From contig DASURP010000062.1 in NCBI GenBank assembly GCA_036279975.1, positions 35,990-99,989 on the forward strand: a stretch of 64,000 nucleotides of DNA, in the 5' to 3' direction. The stretch comes from Rhodanobacteraceae bacterium (GTDB lineage Bacteria; Pseudomonadota; Gammaproteobacteria; Xanthomonadales; Rhodanobacteraceae). Within the stretch, counting starts at the first letter, position 1, and every line of letters begins with the position of its first letter. The notes under the pieces are model-generated. The model did no database searches, was not told the origin of the DNA, and was given only the letters and a program-made list of their open reading frames with translations. Positions 1 through 10,100 of the stretch are shown piece by piece. The position numbers and the translations under genes are program-made.

Positions 1-451
1 TCAACAGCAGCGCAAGATCGCCGGTCAAGGCAGCCGGATCAGGCACGTGTTCGATCAGTTCCATGCAGCACACTGCATCGAAGGCCGAGGGTTCGGCGGC
101 AGCGAGGTCGCCCGATGAACACAAGCGGTAGTCGATCACCAGTGGCGCGTGCCACTCCGCATTGGTCTCGTGCAGGTGCAGTTTCGCGACCTCGATGACC
201 TCCGGCGCGAGGTCGATCGCGGTCACCGCGGCGCCCGCTTTCGCCAGCGCCTCGCTGAGCAGGCCGCCGCCGCAGCCGACGTCGGCCACCCTTGCGCCGC
301 GCAAGGCAACGCGCTCGGCGACGTACCCGAGGCGCACCGGGTTGAGGTCGTGCAACGGGCGCGATTCGCCGTCGGGATCCCACCAGCGATGGGCCAGCTT
401 GCCGAAGCGGGCCAGTTCTTCGGGGTTGGCGTTGTGGGCTGCGGTATTCAC
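1..451 (-). CDS. ubiG: 3-demethylubiquinol 3-O-methyltransferase UbiG, N-terminal ~150 codons (gene runs off the window start)
   Basis: Hand translation of the reverse strand from GTG at 451-449 gives VNTAAHNANPEELARFGKLAHRWWDPDGESRPLHDLNPVRLGYV...VADVGCGGGLLSEALAKAGA...CCMELIEHVPDP. This shows a class-I SAM methyltransferase GxGxG motif and a UbiG-type N-terminus. GTGA start/stop overlap with the upstream yciI-like gene. Absent from the ORF track because no stop lies inside the window. Confidence 0.8.
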   Translation of the reverse strand, partial: MNTAAHNANPEELARFGKLAHRWWDPDGESRPLHDLNPVRLGYVAERVALRGARVADVGCGGGLLSEALAKAGAAVTAIDLAPEVIEVAKLHLHETNAEWHAPLVIDYRLCSSGDLAAAEPSAFDAVCCMELIEHVPDPAALTGDLALLL

Positions 452-717
452 TTCGTTTCCACCTGCGTGACGTTCCATTCGCGCACCGTGACCTTGGACG
501 GGCCAGTCAGGCGCACCGGGTCCGCGGAGGCCAGCTCCCGCGCATCCTGCAGCGATTCGGCGCGTACCAGGCAGGCGCCGCCGGATTGGTCGGTGAACGG
601 ACCGAAGGCCTCCAGCGCGCCGCGCGCCTTCAGCGCATCGAGATGTTGGTAGTGCGCCTCGATCACCGCCGGATCGAACCGCGGCGTGCGCATGGCGAGG
701 ACCAGGTAAAGTTTCAT
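448..717 (-). CDS. YciI-like small protein (89 aa)
   Basis: Last 89 aa of track ORF 448..1005, starting MKLYLVLAMRTPRFDPAVIEAHYQHLDALKARGALEAFGPF. Size and sequence pattern resemble the YciI family. The longer N-terminal extension overlaps the upstream gene and is rejected. Confidence 0.7.
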   Translation of the reverse strand: MKLYLVLAMRTPRFDPAVIEAHYQHLDALKARGALEAFGPFTDQSGGACLVRAESLQDARELASADPVRLTGPSKVTVREWNVTQVETK

Positions 718-733
718 CGTGACATCCAGGCCA

Positions 734-2059
734 TCAAAGGGCCGCGATCCGCTCGCGCCAGCGGCGCGCCTTTTCCAGCACTCCTGCCAGGTCGAAATCG
801 ACCAGCGCGCCATCGGCGAGCTTGCGATCGCCGTCGATCCACACGTCACTGACCTGACGGCGCGACACCGCGTAGGCAAGGTGCGAAACCACATTGTAGA
901 GCGGCTGGGTCTCGACTTCGTCCAGGCGCACCGCGGCGAGGTCGGCGCGCTTGCCGGCTTCGATGGAACCGATCCTGTCGCCCAGGCCAATCGCGCGTGC
1001 GCCATTCAAGGTGGCGGCGCGCAAGGCAAAGGCATCGTCGAAGACGGCCGCATCGCCAGCCACGCCTTTCGCCAGCAGCGCGGCGGTGCGCAGTTCGCCG
1101 AACATGTCGAGGTCGTTGTTGGAGGCGGGCCCGTCGGTGCCGAGCGCGAGGTTGACGCCGGCGCGGCGCATTTTCTCCGCGGGACAGAATCCGGAAGCGA
1201 GTTTCAGGTTGGATTCCGGGCAGTGCACCACCGACATGCCGGCCGCCGCGCACAGTTCGATCTCCGCGCCGCTGGCCTGGGTCATGTGCACCGCGATCAG
1301 CCGGTCGTTGACCAGGCCGAGTTTCTGCAGCCGCTGCATCGGGCGCAGGCCATGCTCGCGCTTGCTGTCTTCGACCTCCCGCGCGGTTTCCATCAGGTGC
1401 AGGTGTACCGGCAGGTCGAGCTGGTCCGACAAGGTGCGGATGCGCTCGAAGGAGGCATCGGAGACCGTGTAGGGCGCGTGTGGCCCGAACGTGGTGCCAA
1501 CCAGCGGATCGCTGCGATACCGATCGTGCACGGCCAATGCGCGCTCGAAATATTCGTCGCGATCCTTGGCCCAGGCACTGGGGAATTCGATGATCGGCAA
1601 CCCGACCATGGCCCGGAACCCGTGCGCCTTGTAGGTTGCCGCCTGCGTGTCGGGGAAGAAATAGTTTTCATTGCAACAGGTGGTGCCGCCGCGCAGCATT
1701 TCGGCGATCGCAAGCTCCACGCCGTCGCGCACGAACTCCGACCCGATCACCTTCGCCTCGACCGGCCAGATGTGTTCCTGCAGCCACGTCATCAACGGCA
1801 GGTCGTCGGCCAAGCCGCGCAGCAGGGTCATCGGGTTGTGGGTGTGGGCGTTGACGAGACCCGGAATCAGCGCGTGTTCGGGTAAATCCACGCGCTCGCG
1901 CGGCACGTATTTCGCCGCGGCATCGACAATCGGCAACACCTCGACAATCGCACCTGCGTCGATCGCGACCGCGTGCTTCTCCAGCACCACGCGATCGGGT
2001 TCCACCGGCACGATCCAGCGGGCGGAGAGCAGGAGGTCGATGGGGCGGGGGCTCGTCAT
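734..2059 (-). CDS. TRZ/ATZ-family amidohydrolase (MtaD-like deaminase)
   Basis: 441 aa with amidohydrolase metal-ligand motifs: GLVNAHTHNPM, HLHLMET, VVHCPESN, ALGTDGPASNN. Confidence 0.85.
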   Translation of the reverse strand: MTSPRPIDLLLSARWIVPVEPDRVVLEKHAVAIDAGAIVEVLPIVDAAAKYVPRERVDLPEHALIPGLVNAHTHNPMTLLRGLADDLPLMTWLQEHIWPVEAKVIGSEFVRDGVELAIAEMLRGGTTCCNENYFFPDTQAATYKAHGFRAMVGLPIIEFPSAWAKDRDEYFERALAVHDRYRSDPLVGTTFGPHAPYTVSDASFERIRTLSDQLDLPVHLHLMETAREVEDSKREHGLRPMQRLQKLGLVNDRLIAVHMTQASGAEIELCAAAGMSVVHCPESNLKLASGFCPAEKMRRAGVNLALGTDGPASNNDLDMFGELRTAALLAKGVAGDAAVFDDAFALRAATLNGARAIGLGDRIGSIEAGKRADLAAVRLDEVETQPLYNVVSHLAYAVSRRQVSDVWIDGDRKLADGALVDFDLAGVLEKARRWRERIAAL

Positions 2060-2068
2060 GGGCTTCCG

Positions 2069-2117
2069 TGTAAGAGCGCGCCAGTGCGCGACCGTCGCCT
2101 GCAGGCAGGCTCCTACA
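2069..2117. repeat. REP/REPIN-like palindromic doublet (TGTAAGAGC...GCGAC / GTCGC...GCTCCTACA)
   Basis: The left arm tgtaagagcgcgccagtgcgcgac is nearly the reverse complement of the right arm gtcgcctgcaggcaggctcctaca. It sits in the 63-nt gap downstream of efp. A second copy of the same family lies at 43467-43517. Confidence 0.6.
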
Positions 2118-2122
2118 GGTCC

Positions 2123-2689
2123 TTACTTGACGCGGCCGACATATTCGCCGGTGCGGGTATCGACCTTGATGACTTCGTCCTGGTTGACGAACAGCGGTAC
2201 GCGCACGCTGGCGCCGGTCTCGAGCTTGGCCGGCTTGCCGCCCCCGCCCGACGTGTCACCGCGCAGGCCGGGATCGGTCTCGACGATTTTCAGCTCCACG
2301 AAGTTGGGCGGCGCGACCGACAGCGGCACGCCGTTCCAGAACGTGACGATGCACTCTTCCTCGCCCTTCAGCCACTGCGCGGCATCGCCCACGGCATTCT
2401 TGTCGGCGGTGTGCTGCTCGTAACTGGCCGGATCCATGAAGTGCCAGAACTCGCCGTCGTTGTAGAGGTACTGCATGTCGGTATCGACCACGTCGGCACC
2501 CTCGACCGTATCGGTCGCCTTCATGGTCTTTTCGGTGGTGCGGCCGTTCTTGAGATTGCGGATCTTGATGCGGGTGAAGGCCTGGCCCTTGCCGGGCTTG
2601 ATGAAATCCGCGCCGACGATCACGTAGGGATCGCCGTCGACGATGATCTTCAGGCCGTTCTTGACATCATTGAGGCCGTAGCTTGCCAT
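2123..2689 (-). CDS. efp: Elongation factor P
   Basis: C-terminal 188 aa of track ORF 2123..5608: [46 protein letters not shown]..., with the modifiable Lys34 in the KPGKGQA loop. The rest of the 1161-aa ORF is antisense artefact. Confidence 0.97.
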   Translation of the reverse strand: MASYGLNDVKNGLKIIVDGDPYVIVGADFIKPGKGQAFTRIKIRNLKNGRTTEKTMKATDTVEGADVVDTDMQYLYNDGEFWHFMDPASYEQHTADKNAVGDAAQWLKGEEECIVTFWNGVPLSVAPPNFVELKIVETDPGLRGDTSGGGGKPAKLETGASVRVPLFVNQDEVIKVDTRTGEYVGRVK

Positions 2690-2797
2690 GCTGCTTGCTC
2701 CGTGGGCGTGGTCGCCGCCGGCAGCGCACCGACCAGGACCCGGCGATTGACCTAAAATAGGTGGTTTGCCGGGTACGCCCCCGGCGACAGACCCGCC

Positions 2798-3808
2798 ATG
2801 ATAACTGCAATCGGCCAATCCACGCAGCCGAATCCGTTGCCGGATTGGCGCCAATCCCTGCGCGATGCCGTCACCGACCCGCGCGAATTGCTGGCGCTGG
2901 TGGGCCTGCCGCACATCGCCGATCGTTTGCCCGTCGCCGACGCGGGCTTTGCACTGAAGGTACCGCGGGGTTTTGTGGCGCGCATGCGGCGCGGCGACCC
3001 CGACGACCCCCTGCTGCGCCAGGTACTGCCGCAACTCGCCGAGTGCGAGGACGTGCCCGGTTTTGTCGACGATGCGGTCGGCGACCTCGGCGCAGTGCAG
3101 GCCCATGGAGTCCTGCACAAGTACCACGGCCGCGCCCTGCTGATCGCGGCGGGTTCCTGCGCCGTCAATTGCCGCTACTGCTTCCGCCGGCACTTTCCCT
3201 ATGCCGAGGAACTCGCGGCCGCGCACGCCTGGCGGGAGGCGGTGGCCTGCCTGGCCGCGGACACCTCGCTCCGGGAGGTCATCCTGTCCGGCGGCGACCC
3301 GTTGGTGCTCTCGACACAAAAATTGACGGATTTGACCGATGCCCTGCGCGACCTGCCGCACGTGATCCGCCTGCGCATCCACTCGCGCCTGCCGGTGGTG
3401 CTGCCCGAACGCATCGACGACGGGTTCTGCGACTGGTTGTCCGCGCTGCCCCTGCAGCGCGTGGTGGTGCTCCACGCGAACCACCCGGCTGAGTTGGACG
3501 CCAGTGTCGGCGCGGCCTGCGGGCGATTGCGCGCTGCCGGCGCGACGCTCCTCAACCAGTCCGTGCTGCTGCGCGGGATCAACGACGACGCCGAAGTGCT
3601 GGCCGCGTTGTCCGAGCGCTTGTTCGCACTGGGGGTGCTGCCGTATTACCTGCACCAGCTCGACCGGGTGCGCGGCACCTCCCATTTCGAGGTACCCGAT
3701 GGGCGGGCCCGCACGCTCGCCGGCCTGTTGCGTGGGCGACTTCCCGGGTATCTTGTGCCGCGGCTGGTGCGCGAGGTCCCCGGAGAATATGCCAAGCGCG
3801 CGCTGTGA
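2798..3808 (+). CDS. epmB: EF-P beta-lysylation protein EpmB (lysine 2,3-aminomutase-like radical SAM)
   Basis: 336 aa with a [11 protein letters not shown] radical-SAM CxxxCxxC cluster. Divergent from efp, as in other gammaproteobacteria. Confidence 0.9.
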   Translation: MITAIGQSTQPNPLPDWRQSLRDAVTDPRELLALVGLPHIADRLPVADAGFALKVPRGFVARMRRGDPDDPLLRQVLPQLAECEDVPGFVDDAVGDLGAVQAHGVLHKYHGRALLIAAGSCAVNCRYCFRRHFPYAEELAAAHAWREAVACLAADTSLREVILSGGDPLVLSTQKLTDLTDALRDLPHVIRLRIHSRLPVVLPERIDDGFCDWLSALPLQRVVVLHANHPAELDASVGAACGRLRAAGATLLNQSVLLRGINDDAEVLAALSERLFALGVLPYYLHQLDRVRGTSHFEVPDGRARTLAGLLRGRLPGYLVPRLVREVPGEYAKRAL

Positions 3809-3982
3809 CCGCTGGCGCTGCCAACCCCGATCGGGTACAAAAGGCGGACATGGAAACCAGTAGCATGACGGCCCGTTCGAAGGTCCCTGCGGGATCGCCA
3901 CACACCCAACCAGCCCGGGTACGCCACCCGGGTTGTCGCGTGCGGGGCGCATGCCCCTGGTCCACGCGCTACAGGGATCGCA

Positions 3983-6052
3983 ATGTTGCCTGAACCCATT
4001 ACCAAACTGATCATCGCCGAGGACCAGGCCGAAGACGCCGAGCAGATCATCAGCGTGCTGCGCAACAGCGGCGTCGCGCTGCGGCCCCAACGCATCTCGA
4101 CCGAGGTGGAGCTGGCGGCGACCCTGGAGTCGTTCACGCCGGACATGGTGCTGGCCAACCCCGCGTGCAAGGGTATTTCGCTGGACGTGATCGCGCGCGC
4201 GCTCGAAGCCACCGGCAAGGACATCGCACTGCTTGCCCTCACCGACCGGCTCACCGACGACATGGTTGCCGAAATCCTGACCCAGGGCAGCGTCCGCGGC
4301 ATCGCACTGCGCAACCGGCACGACCAGTTGCAGGCAGTGGTGCGCCGTGAACTGGATGCATTGTCCACCCGCCGCAACGTGCGCAAGCTCGAGGCGAGTT
4401 TGCGTGAATCCGAGCGCCGCTGCGACTCGCTGCTGGATTCCTCGCGCGATCCGATTGCCTACATCCACGAGGGCACCCACGTCCGCGCCAACAACGCCTA
4501 CCTCGAAATGTTCGGTTTCGAGAGCTTCGAGGACGTGGAAGGCCTGACCATCCTCGATCTCGTCGCGTCCCAGCACACCGCGGACTTCAAGGATCTGCTG
4601 AAACGCCTTGCACGCGGCGAAAAACCGCCACCGCGACTCGACCTGACCGCGCAACGCGCCGACGGCAGCTCGTTCGACGCGGTGATGGAGTTTTCGCCCG
4701 CGACCTACGAAGGCGAACCCTGTCAGCAGATCGTGTTCCGTTTGCCGGCTTCCAGCCCCGAAGCCGAAGAAGAATTGCGCCGCCTGAAGACGCAAGATCC
4801 GCTCACCGGACTGTCCAACCGCACCCATTTCCTCGAGCTGATCGACGAAGCGGTCGCACGCACGATCGGCGGCACCACCGACCAGGCGCTGTTGCTGCTG
4901 GAACCCGACAACTACCGGCACGTCCTCGATACCGTCGGTATCAGCGGTGCCGACGACGTGCTCCGGCAACTTGCCGGCACCATCAAGCAACGCTTGCGCG
5001 CCAGCGACAGCGCCGGCCGCATCGGCGACCACGCCTTCGGGATCATGCTGTCGAATTCTCCGCTCGCGGAAACGCAAAAGATCGCCGACTCGCTGCGCAG
5101 CGGCATCGAGGCCGCGATCATCGAGGCCGGCGGCAAGTCCACCAGCCTGACCATCAGCATCGGCGGCAGCCTGCTCGGCGAAAAGAACGCCAAGTCGCAG
5201 ATACTGTTGTCGCAGGCCGACGATGCCCTGCGCGCGGCCGCGGGACAGGGCGGCAATCGCATCGACATCCACGATCCGGCCGCGGCCGACAAGGCCGAGG
5301 CGGCCCGCGAGCAGCAATGGCTGGACATGATCGACGCCGCGCTCGCCAAGGACGGCTTCGTGCTGTACTACCAGCCCATCATCAGCCTGCGCGGCGAAGA
5401 GGGCGAGTTCTTCGAGGTGCTGTTGCGGATGCGCGGCCCGACCGAGGAGGTGCTGCCCGCGCACTTCATGCCGATCGCGGAGCGCAACGACCGCCTGCTC
5501 GCCATCGACCGCTGGGTGATCGAGCGCGCAATCGCCGAGCTCGGCAAACGTACCGGCCGGCCAGCCGCGACCACCCTGTTCATCAAGCTCTCCACCCTGA
5601 CCCTGCACGACGAATCACTCGCGGACTGGGTGGACGCGAAGCTGTCGGCCGCGAGGGTCAAGGCCGCGCAACTGGTGTTCGAAGTTCCGGAAGCGAAAGT
5701 GATGACCTGCCTCAAGCCGGCCCGTGAATTCGTGGAACGCTGGCGCCAGGGCGGCGGCGGTTTCGAGCTCGAGCAGTTCGGCTCCGGCCTCAACTCGTTC
5801 CAGACGCTGAAGCACATCGACGCCGACTACCTGAAGCTCGATCGCGCGCTCACCACCGACCTCGCCCACCATTCCGAAAACGAGCAGAAGGTACGCGAGC
5901 TTTGCTCGCAGGCGCACGCAGCCGGCAAGCGCACCATGGTCGAGTGGATCGAGGAAGCTTCCAGCATGCCGACGCTGTTTTCGGCGGGCGTCCATTTCGC
6001 GCAAGGCAATTTCCTGGCGTCGCCGTCATCCGAGATGCACTACGTGACGTGA
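3983..6052 (+). CDS. REC-PAS-GGDEF-EAL signalling protein with degenerate sites (FimX-like)
   Basis: 689 aa. Receiver-like N-terminus with PDMVLAN at the acceptor position. The GGDEF site reads RIGDHAF. The EAL domain has EVLLR, FEVPE and LEQFGSG in place of EALxR, ELTE and DDFGTG. Confidence 0.8.
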   Translation: MLPEPITKLIIAEDQAEDAEQIISVLRNSGVALRPQRISTEVELAATLESFTPDMVLANPACKGISLDVIARALEATGKDIALLALTDRLTDDMVAEILTQGSVRGIALRNRHDQLQAVVRRELDALSTRRNVRKLEASLRESERRCDSLLDSSRDPIAYIHEGTHVRANNAYLEMFGFESFEDVEGLTILDLVASQHTADFKDLLKRLARGEKPPPRLDLTAQRADGSSFDAVMEFSPATYEGEPCQQIVFRLPASSPEAEEELRRLKTQDPLTGLSNRTHFLELIDEAVARTIGGTTDQALLLLEPDNYRHVLDTVGISGADDVLRQLAGTIKQRLRASDSAGRIGDHAFGIMLSNSPLAETQKIADSLRSGIEAAIIEAGGKSTSLTISIGGSLLGEKNAKSQILLSQADDALRAAAGQGGNRIDIHDPAAADKAEAAREQQWLDMIDAALAKDGFVLYYQPIISLRGEEGEFFEVLLRMRGPTEEVLPAHFMPIAERNDRLLAIDRWVIERAIAELGKRTGRPAATTLFIKLSTLTLHDESLADWVDAKLSAARVKAAQLVFEVPEAKVMTCLKPAREFVERWRQGGGGFELEQFGSGLNSFQTLKHIDADYLKLDRALTTDLAHHSENEQKVRELCSQAHAAGKRTMVEWIEEASSMPTLFSAGVHFAQGNFLASPSSEMHYVT

Positions 6053-6254
6053 CTTGTGCGATCATCCATGATCGCTGCGCCATGTAGAGATTACGCCAAC
6101 TGATGGGTCTTCGGCCGCAAACACCAGAACGGCCATCCGTGGCCTGACTTTTCGCGAAGCCCCTTCTCCCGGCATTCACGGCAGCTTCGAATCAACGATT
6201 CCGTGTTCGCGGCGGTGCATTCCCAAACCACGACTTTCGCGGCAAACTGGAGCC

Positions 6255-7046
6255 ATGGCCACCGCCCCGCGCCCCCTCGCCGTGAATCCGCGGCTTGCGT
6301 TTGTCGCCTCCGCGTCGGACAAGGCGCGCGCGGCCTGCAACGAACTGCAGGAGCGCTATGGCGCGGTGCCACCCGGGGACGCCGACGTCATCGTCGCGTT
6401 GGGCGGCGATGGTTTCATGCTGCGCACGCTGCACGCGCAGCTCGGCCGCGGACTGCCGGTGTACGGCATGAAGCTGGGCCGCGTCGGCTTCCTGATGAAC
6501 CGCTATTCGTCCGACGATCTTCCTGCCCGCATCGCGGCTGCGCATCCGGCCTTGCTGCACCCGCTGGAAATGCGTGTCACGCAACGCAGCGGCGGCGAAG
6601 TGACGGCCCTGGCCTTCAATGAGATCTCCCTGCTGCGCCAGACCAACCAGGCCGCCCACATCGAGGTCGCGCTGAACGACGAGGTGAAGCTGGCCAACCT
6701 GATTTGCGACGGCCTGCTGGTTGCGACCCCCGCGGGTTCGACCGCATACAACCTGTCCGCGCACGGGCCGATCCTGCCGCTGGACGCCAACGTACTGGCG
6801 CTCACCCCGATCAGCCCGTTCCGGCCGCGCCGCTGGCGCGGCGCCTTGCTGCCGGTTGCGACGCGGATCGGGCTGCGCACGCTGGAACCCGACCACCGCC
6901 CGGTCAGCGCCACCGCCGACTTCCACGAAGTGCGGGATGCGGTGGAAATCAGCGTGCGCCAGGCACGCGAACGCGCGATCACGCTGCTGTACGACCCCGA
7001 ACGCAGCCTGGCGCAGCGGATCCTGGACGAACAGTTCGAGCCGTGA
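6255..7046 (+). CDS. nadK: NAD kinase
   Basis: 263 aa with the VIVALGGDGFMLRT motif and a downstream ATPAGSTAYNLSA motif typical of NadK. Confidence 0.9.
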   Translation: MATAPRPLAVNPRLAFVASASDKARAACNELQERYGAVPPGDADVIVALGGDGFMLRTLHAQLGRGLPVYGMKLGRVGFLMNRYSSDDLPARIAAAHPALLHPLEMRVTQRSGGEVTALAFNEISLLRQTNQAAHIEVALNDEVKLANLICDGLLVATPAGSTAYNLSAHGPILPLDANVLALTPISPFRPRRWRGALLPVATRIGLRTLEPDHRPVSATADFHEVRDAVEISVRQARERAITLLYDPERSLAQRILDEQFEP

Positions 7047-7130
7047 GCGAAGCAACCTCCGCGCGGCGTTGCGCCCACGGACATGCCGACGCGGCGCGCG
7101 ACGTCGCCGGCATCGCGCAAGCGCCGTGCC

Positions 7131-10100
7131 TCATCCCGATTGCGCGATCTGCGCCAGCCTCCGCAGCGCCACCGAGGCGATCGGGTAATCCACGTCCACG
7201 CCGCGGATCTCGTCCAGCATCCCGCGGGTGAACTTGAGCTGCGGGTTGTCGCGTTCCAGCCACGCGGACACCGCGCCGTCGGCGCTCTGCCGGCCCTGCT
7301 CGGAGGCCAGGATCTGGCTGACCATCGCGCGCTGCTGCACCGCCAGTTCGTCGCGCAACGCGCCGCGGGCCTGGGCGTGCCAGCGGCTCTCCACCGCAAG
7401 TTTCTCGATCTGTCCGCGCAACCACTCGATGTCCAGTGCCTCGCCGAGGTCGAAGAACACCCGTGCGACGTGCTCAACCGGACGTCCGGACTCCAGCGAG
7501 GTTTCGATCACGTCCATCGCCACTTCCAGCGTGGGCAACGTCGCCAGCTTGCGCGCAAGTTCGTCCGGGAAGCCGAGCCCCTGCCACTTCTCAAGATCCA
7601 CGCCCCACGCGGCGCGGCCGGTCTGGCCCAGGGTACCGGGCAATGCGGCCCGCAGCGCGTCCATGCCGGGCTGGTAGCGATGCACGAGGTCGGTGATGCC
7701 AAGCACCGTACCCGGGAGATTGAGCAGCCAGCGCGAAACATGTCGCAACAGCGACCACACCTTCATCAACGCGTCGATCTGCGCGGCGTCGCTGACCTTG
7801 CCGTCCAGCGCATCGATGCCCGACCACAGCTCGCGCGCGTGCAGGATCTGGCGCGCCGCGTTGTAGGCCTTGACCACCGCCGCGGCGGTCTCGCCGGTGT
7901 CCTCCTGGCTGCGCAGGACGAAAGTCGCACCCATGCGGTTGACGATCGAATTGGTGACCGCGGTGGCGATGATCTCGCGCTTCAGGCGATGCCGCTGCAT
8001 GTGCGCGGCGTACTTCTCGTGCAGTGGCTCGGGGAAGTAGCGCATCAGTTCGTGCGACAGGAACGGATCCTCCGGAACGTCCGAATCCAGCAACTGCTGG
8101 TACAGCACGATCTTGGAGTAGGACAACAGCACCGCCAGCTCGGGCCGTGTCAGGCCCTGGTGGTGGGTGCGGCGTTCGGCCAGTTCCGCGTCGGAAGGCA
8201 GCGACTCGATCTGGCGATCGAGCTGTCCGCGCGATTCCAGCGTGCGGATGAAGTGTGCCTTGGAGCCGATGCGGCCGACCGACATGCGCTCCATCAGGCT
8301 GATCGCGGCGTTCTGGCGGTAGTTGTCCCACAACACCAGTTTCGCGACCTCGTCGGTCATCGAATGCAGCAGCTTGTTGCGCGCTTCGGTATCCATCTCG
8401 CCGCGCTGCACGGCATCGTTCAGCAGGATCTTGATGTTGACCTCGTGGTCGGAGGTATCCACGCCGGCCGAGTTGTCGATGAAGTCGGTGTTGAGGATCA
8501 CGCCCTTCTGCGCGGCCTCGATGCGGCCCTTCTGGGTGAAGCCGAGGTTGCCGCCTTCGCCCACGATCCTGCAGCGCAGGTCGCCGCCGTTGATGCGCAG
8601 CGCGTTGTTGGCGCGGTCGCCGACGTCGGCGTTCGATTCCGCAGCCGACTTCACGTAGGTACCGATGCCGCCATTCCACAACAGATCGACCGGCGCCTTC
8701 AGGATCGCACTGATCAACTCCACCGGCGACAACGATTCCACGCCGTCCGCGATGCCGAGCGCGGCGCGCATCTCCGCGGTGACCGCGATGGCCTTGAGGC
8801 TGCGCGCGAACACGCCGCCGCCCTTCGAGATCTTCGACTTGTCGTAGTCGTCCCACGACGAACGCGGCAGCTTGAACATGCGCTCGCGTTCGGGGAATGA
8901 GCTGGCCGAATCCGGATTCGGATCGACGAAGATGTGTCGATGGTCGAAGGCGGCGACCAGCCGGATGTGGCGCGACAGCAGCATGCCGTTGCCGAACACG
9001 TCGCCCGACATGTCGCCGATGCCGACGCAGGTGAAGTCCTCGGCCTGGCAATCGTGGCCCAGCGCGCGGAAGTGGCGTTTCACCGACTCCCAGCCGCCCC
9101 TGGCGGTGATTCCCATGTCCTTGTGGTCGTAGCCCGCCGAACCGCCCGAGGCGAACGCGTCGCCGAGCCAGTAACCATGCGCGATCGAGATGGAATTGGC
9201 GATGTCCGAGAACTTCGCGGTGCCCTTGTCGGCCGCGACCACCAGGTACGGATCGTCGGCGTCGTGGCGCACCACGTCGGCCGGATGCACGACCTTGTTG
9301 GCGGCCGTGTCGATGTTGTCGGTGATGTCGAGCAGGCCGTTCATGAACATCTTGTAGCAGGCGATGCCCTCCTCCAGCAGCGCGTCGCGCTCGGCCGGCG
9401 CGCGCTTCACGAAGAAGCCGCCCTTGGAACCCACCGGCACGATCACGGTGTTCTTCACCATCTGCGCCTTCACCAGGCCCAGCACCTCAGTGCGGAAATC
9501 CTCGCGGCGATCCGACCAGCGGATGCCGCCGCGCGCCACCGGCCCGAAGCGCAGGTGCACGCCCTCCACGCGCGGCGCGTAAACCCAGATCTCGCGGTAC
9601 GGCACCGGCTTCGGGATATCCGGCACCTGGTGCGAATCGAACTTGTAGCTCAGGTATTCGGCCGGCTTGCCGTCGTGCGACTGGAAGTAATTGGTGCGCA
9701 GGGTCGCGCGGATCTGGCCCATGAAACCACGCAGGATGCGGTCGTCGTCGAGGCTGGAGACATTCACCAGCAAGGCCTTGATCGCTGCAATCAGGCCCTC
9801 GACCTGCTCGTCGCGTGGTTTTTCCAGCAGTGCGACGACTTGCGCCACGAAATCCGGGTTGGCCTTGCAGACCGCCTCGGGGGTCAGTGCGTGCAGTTCG
9901 CGCTCCAGCGCCACGCCTGCATGCCTGCGGCTGGCGGCGTCGCCGGCCTCACGCTGCGGGTCGAACTTGGCTTCGAACAACTCGACCAGCAGGCCCGAGA
10001 TCATCGGGTAACGGCCCAGCGTTTCCTCCATGTAACTTTGCGAGAAGGTGGTGCCGACCTGCTGCTGGTACTTGCAGTAACCGCGCAACATCGCGATCTG

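Noticed and set aside
2690-5608. The N-terminal ~970 codons of the 1161-aa reverse ORF 2123..5608
   Set aside because: Low-complexity Arg/Gly/Ala/Gln-rich translation that is antisense to epmB and the GGDEF-EAL gene. Only the last 188 aa (EF-P) look like a real protein. This is a typical high-GC open antisense frame.
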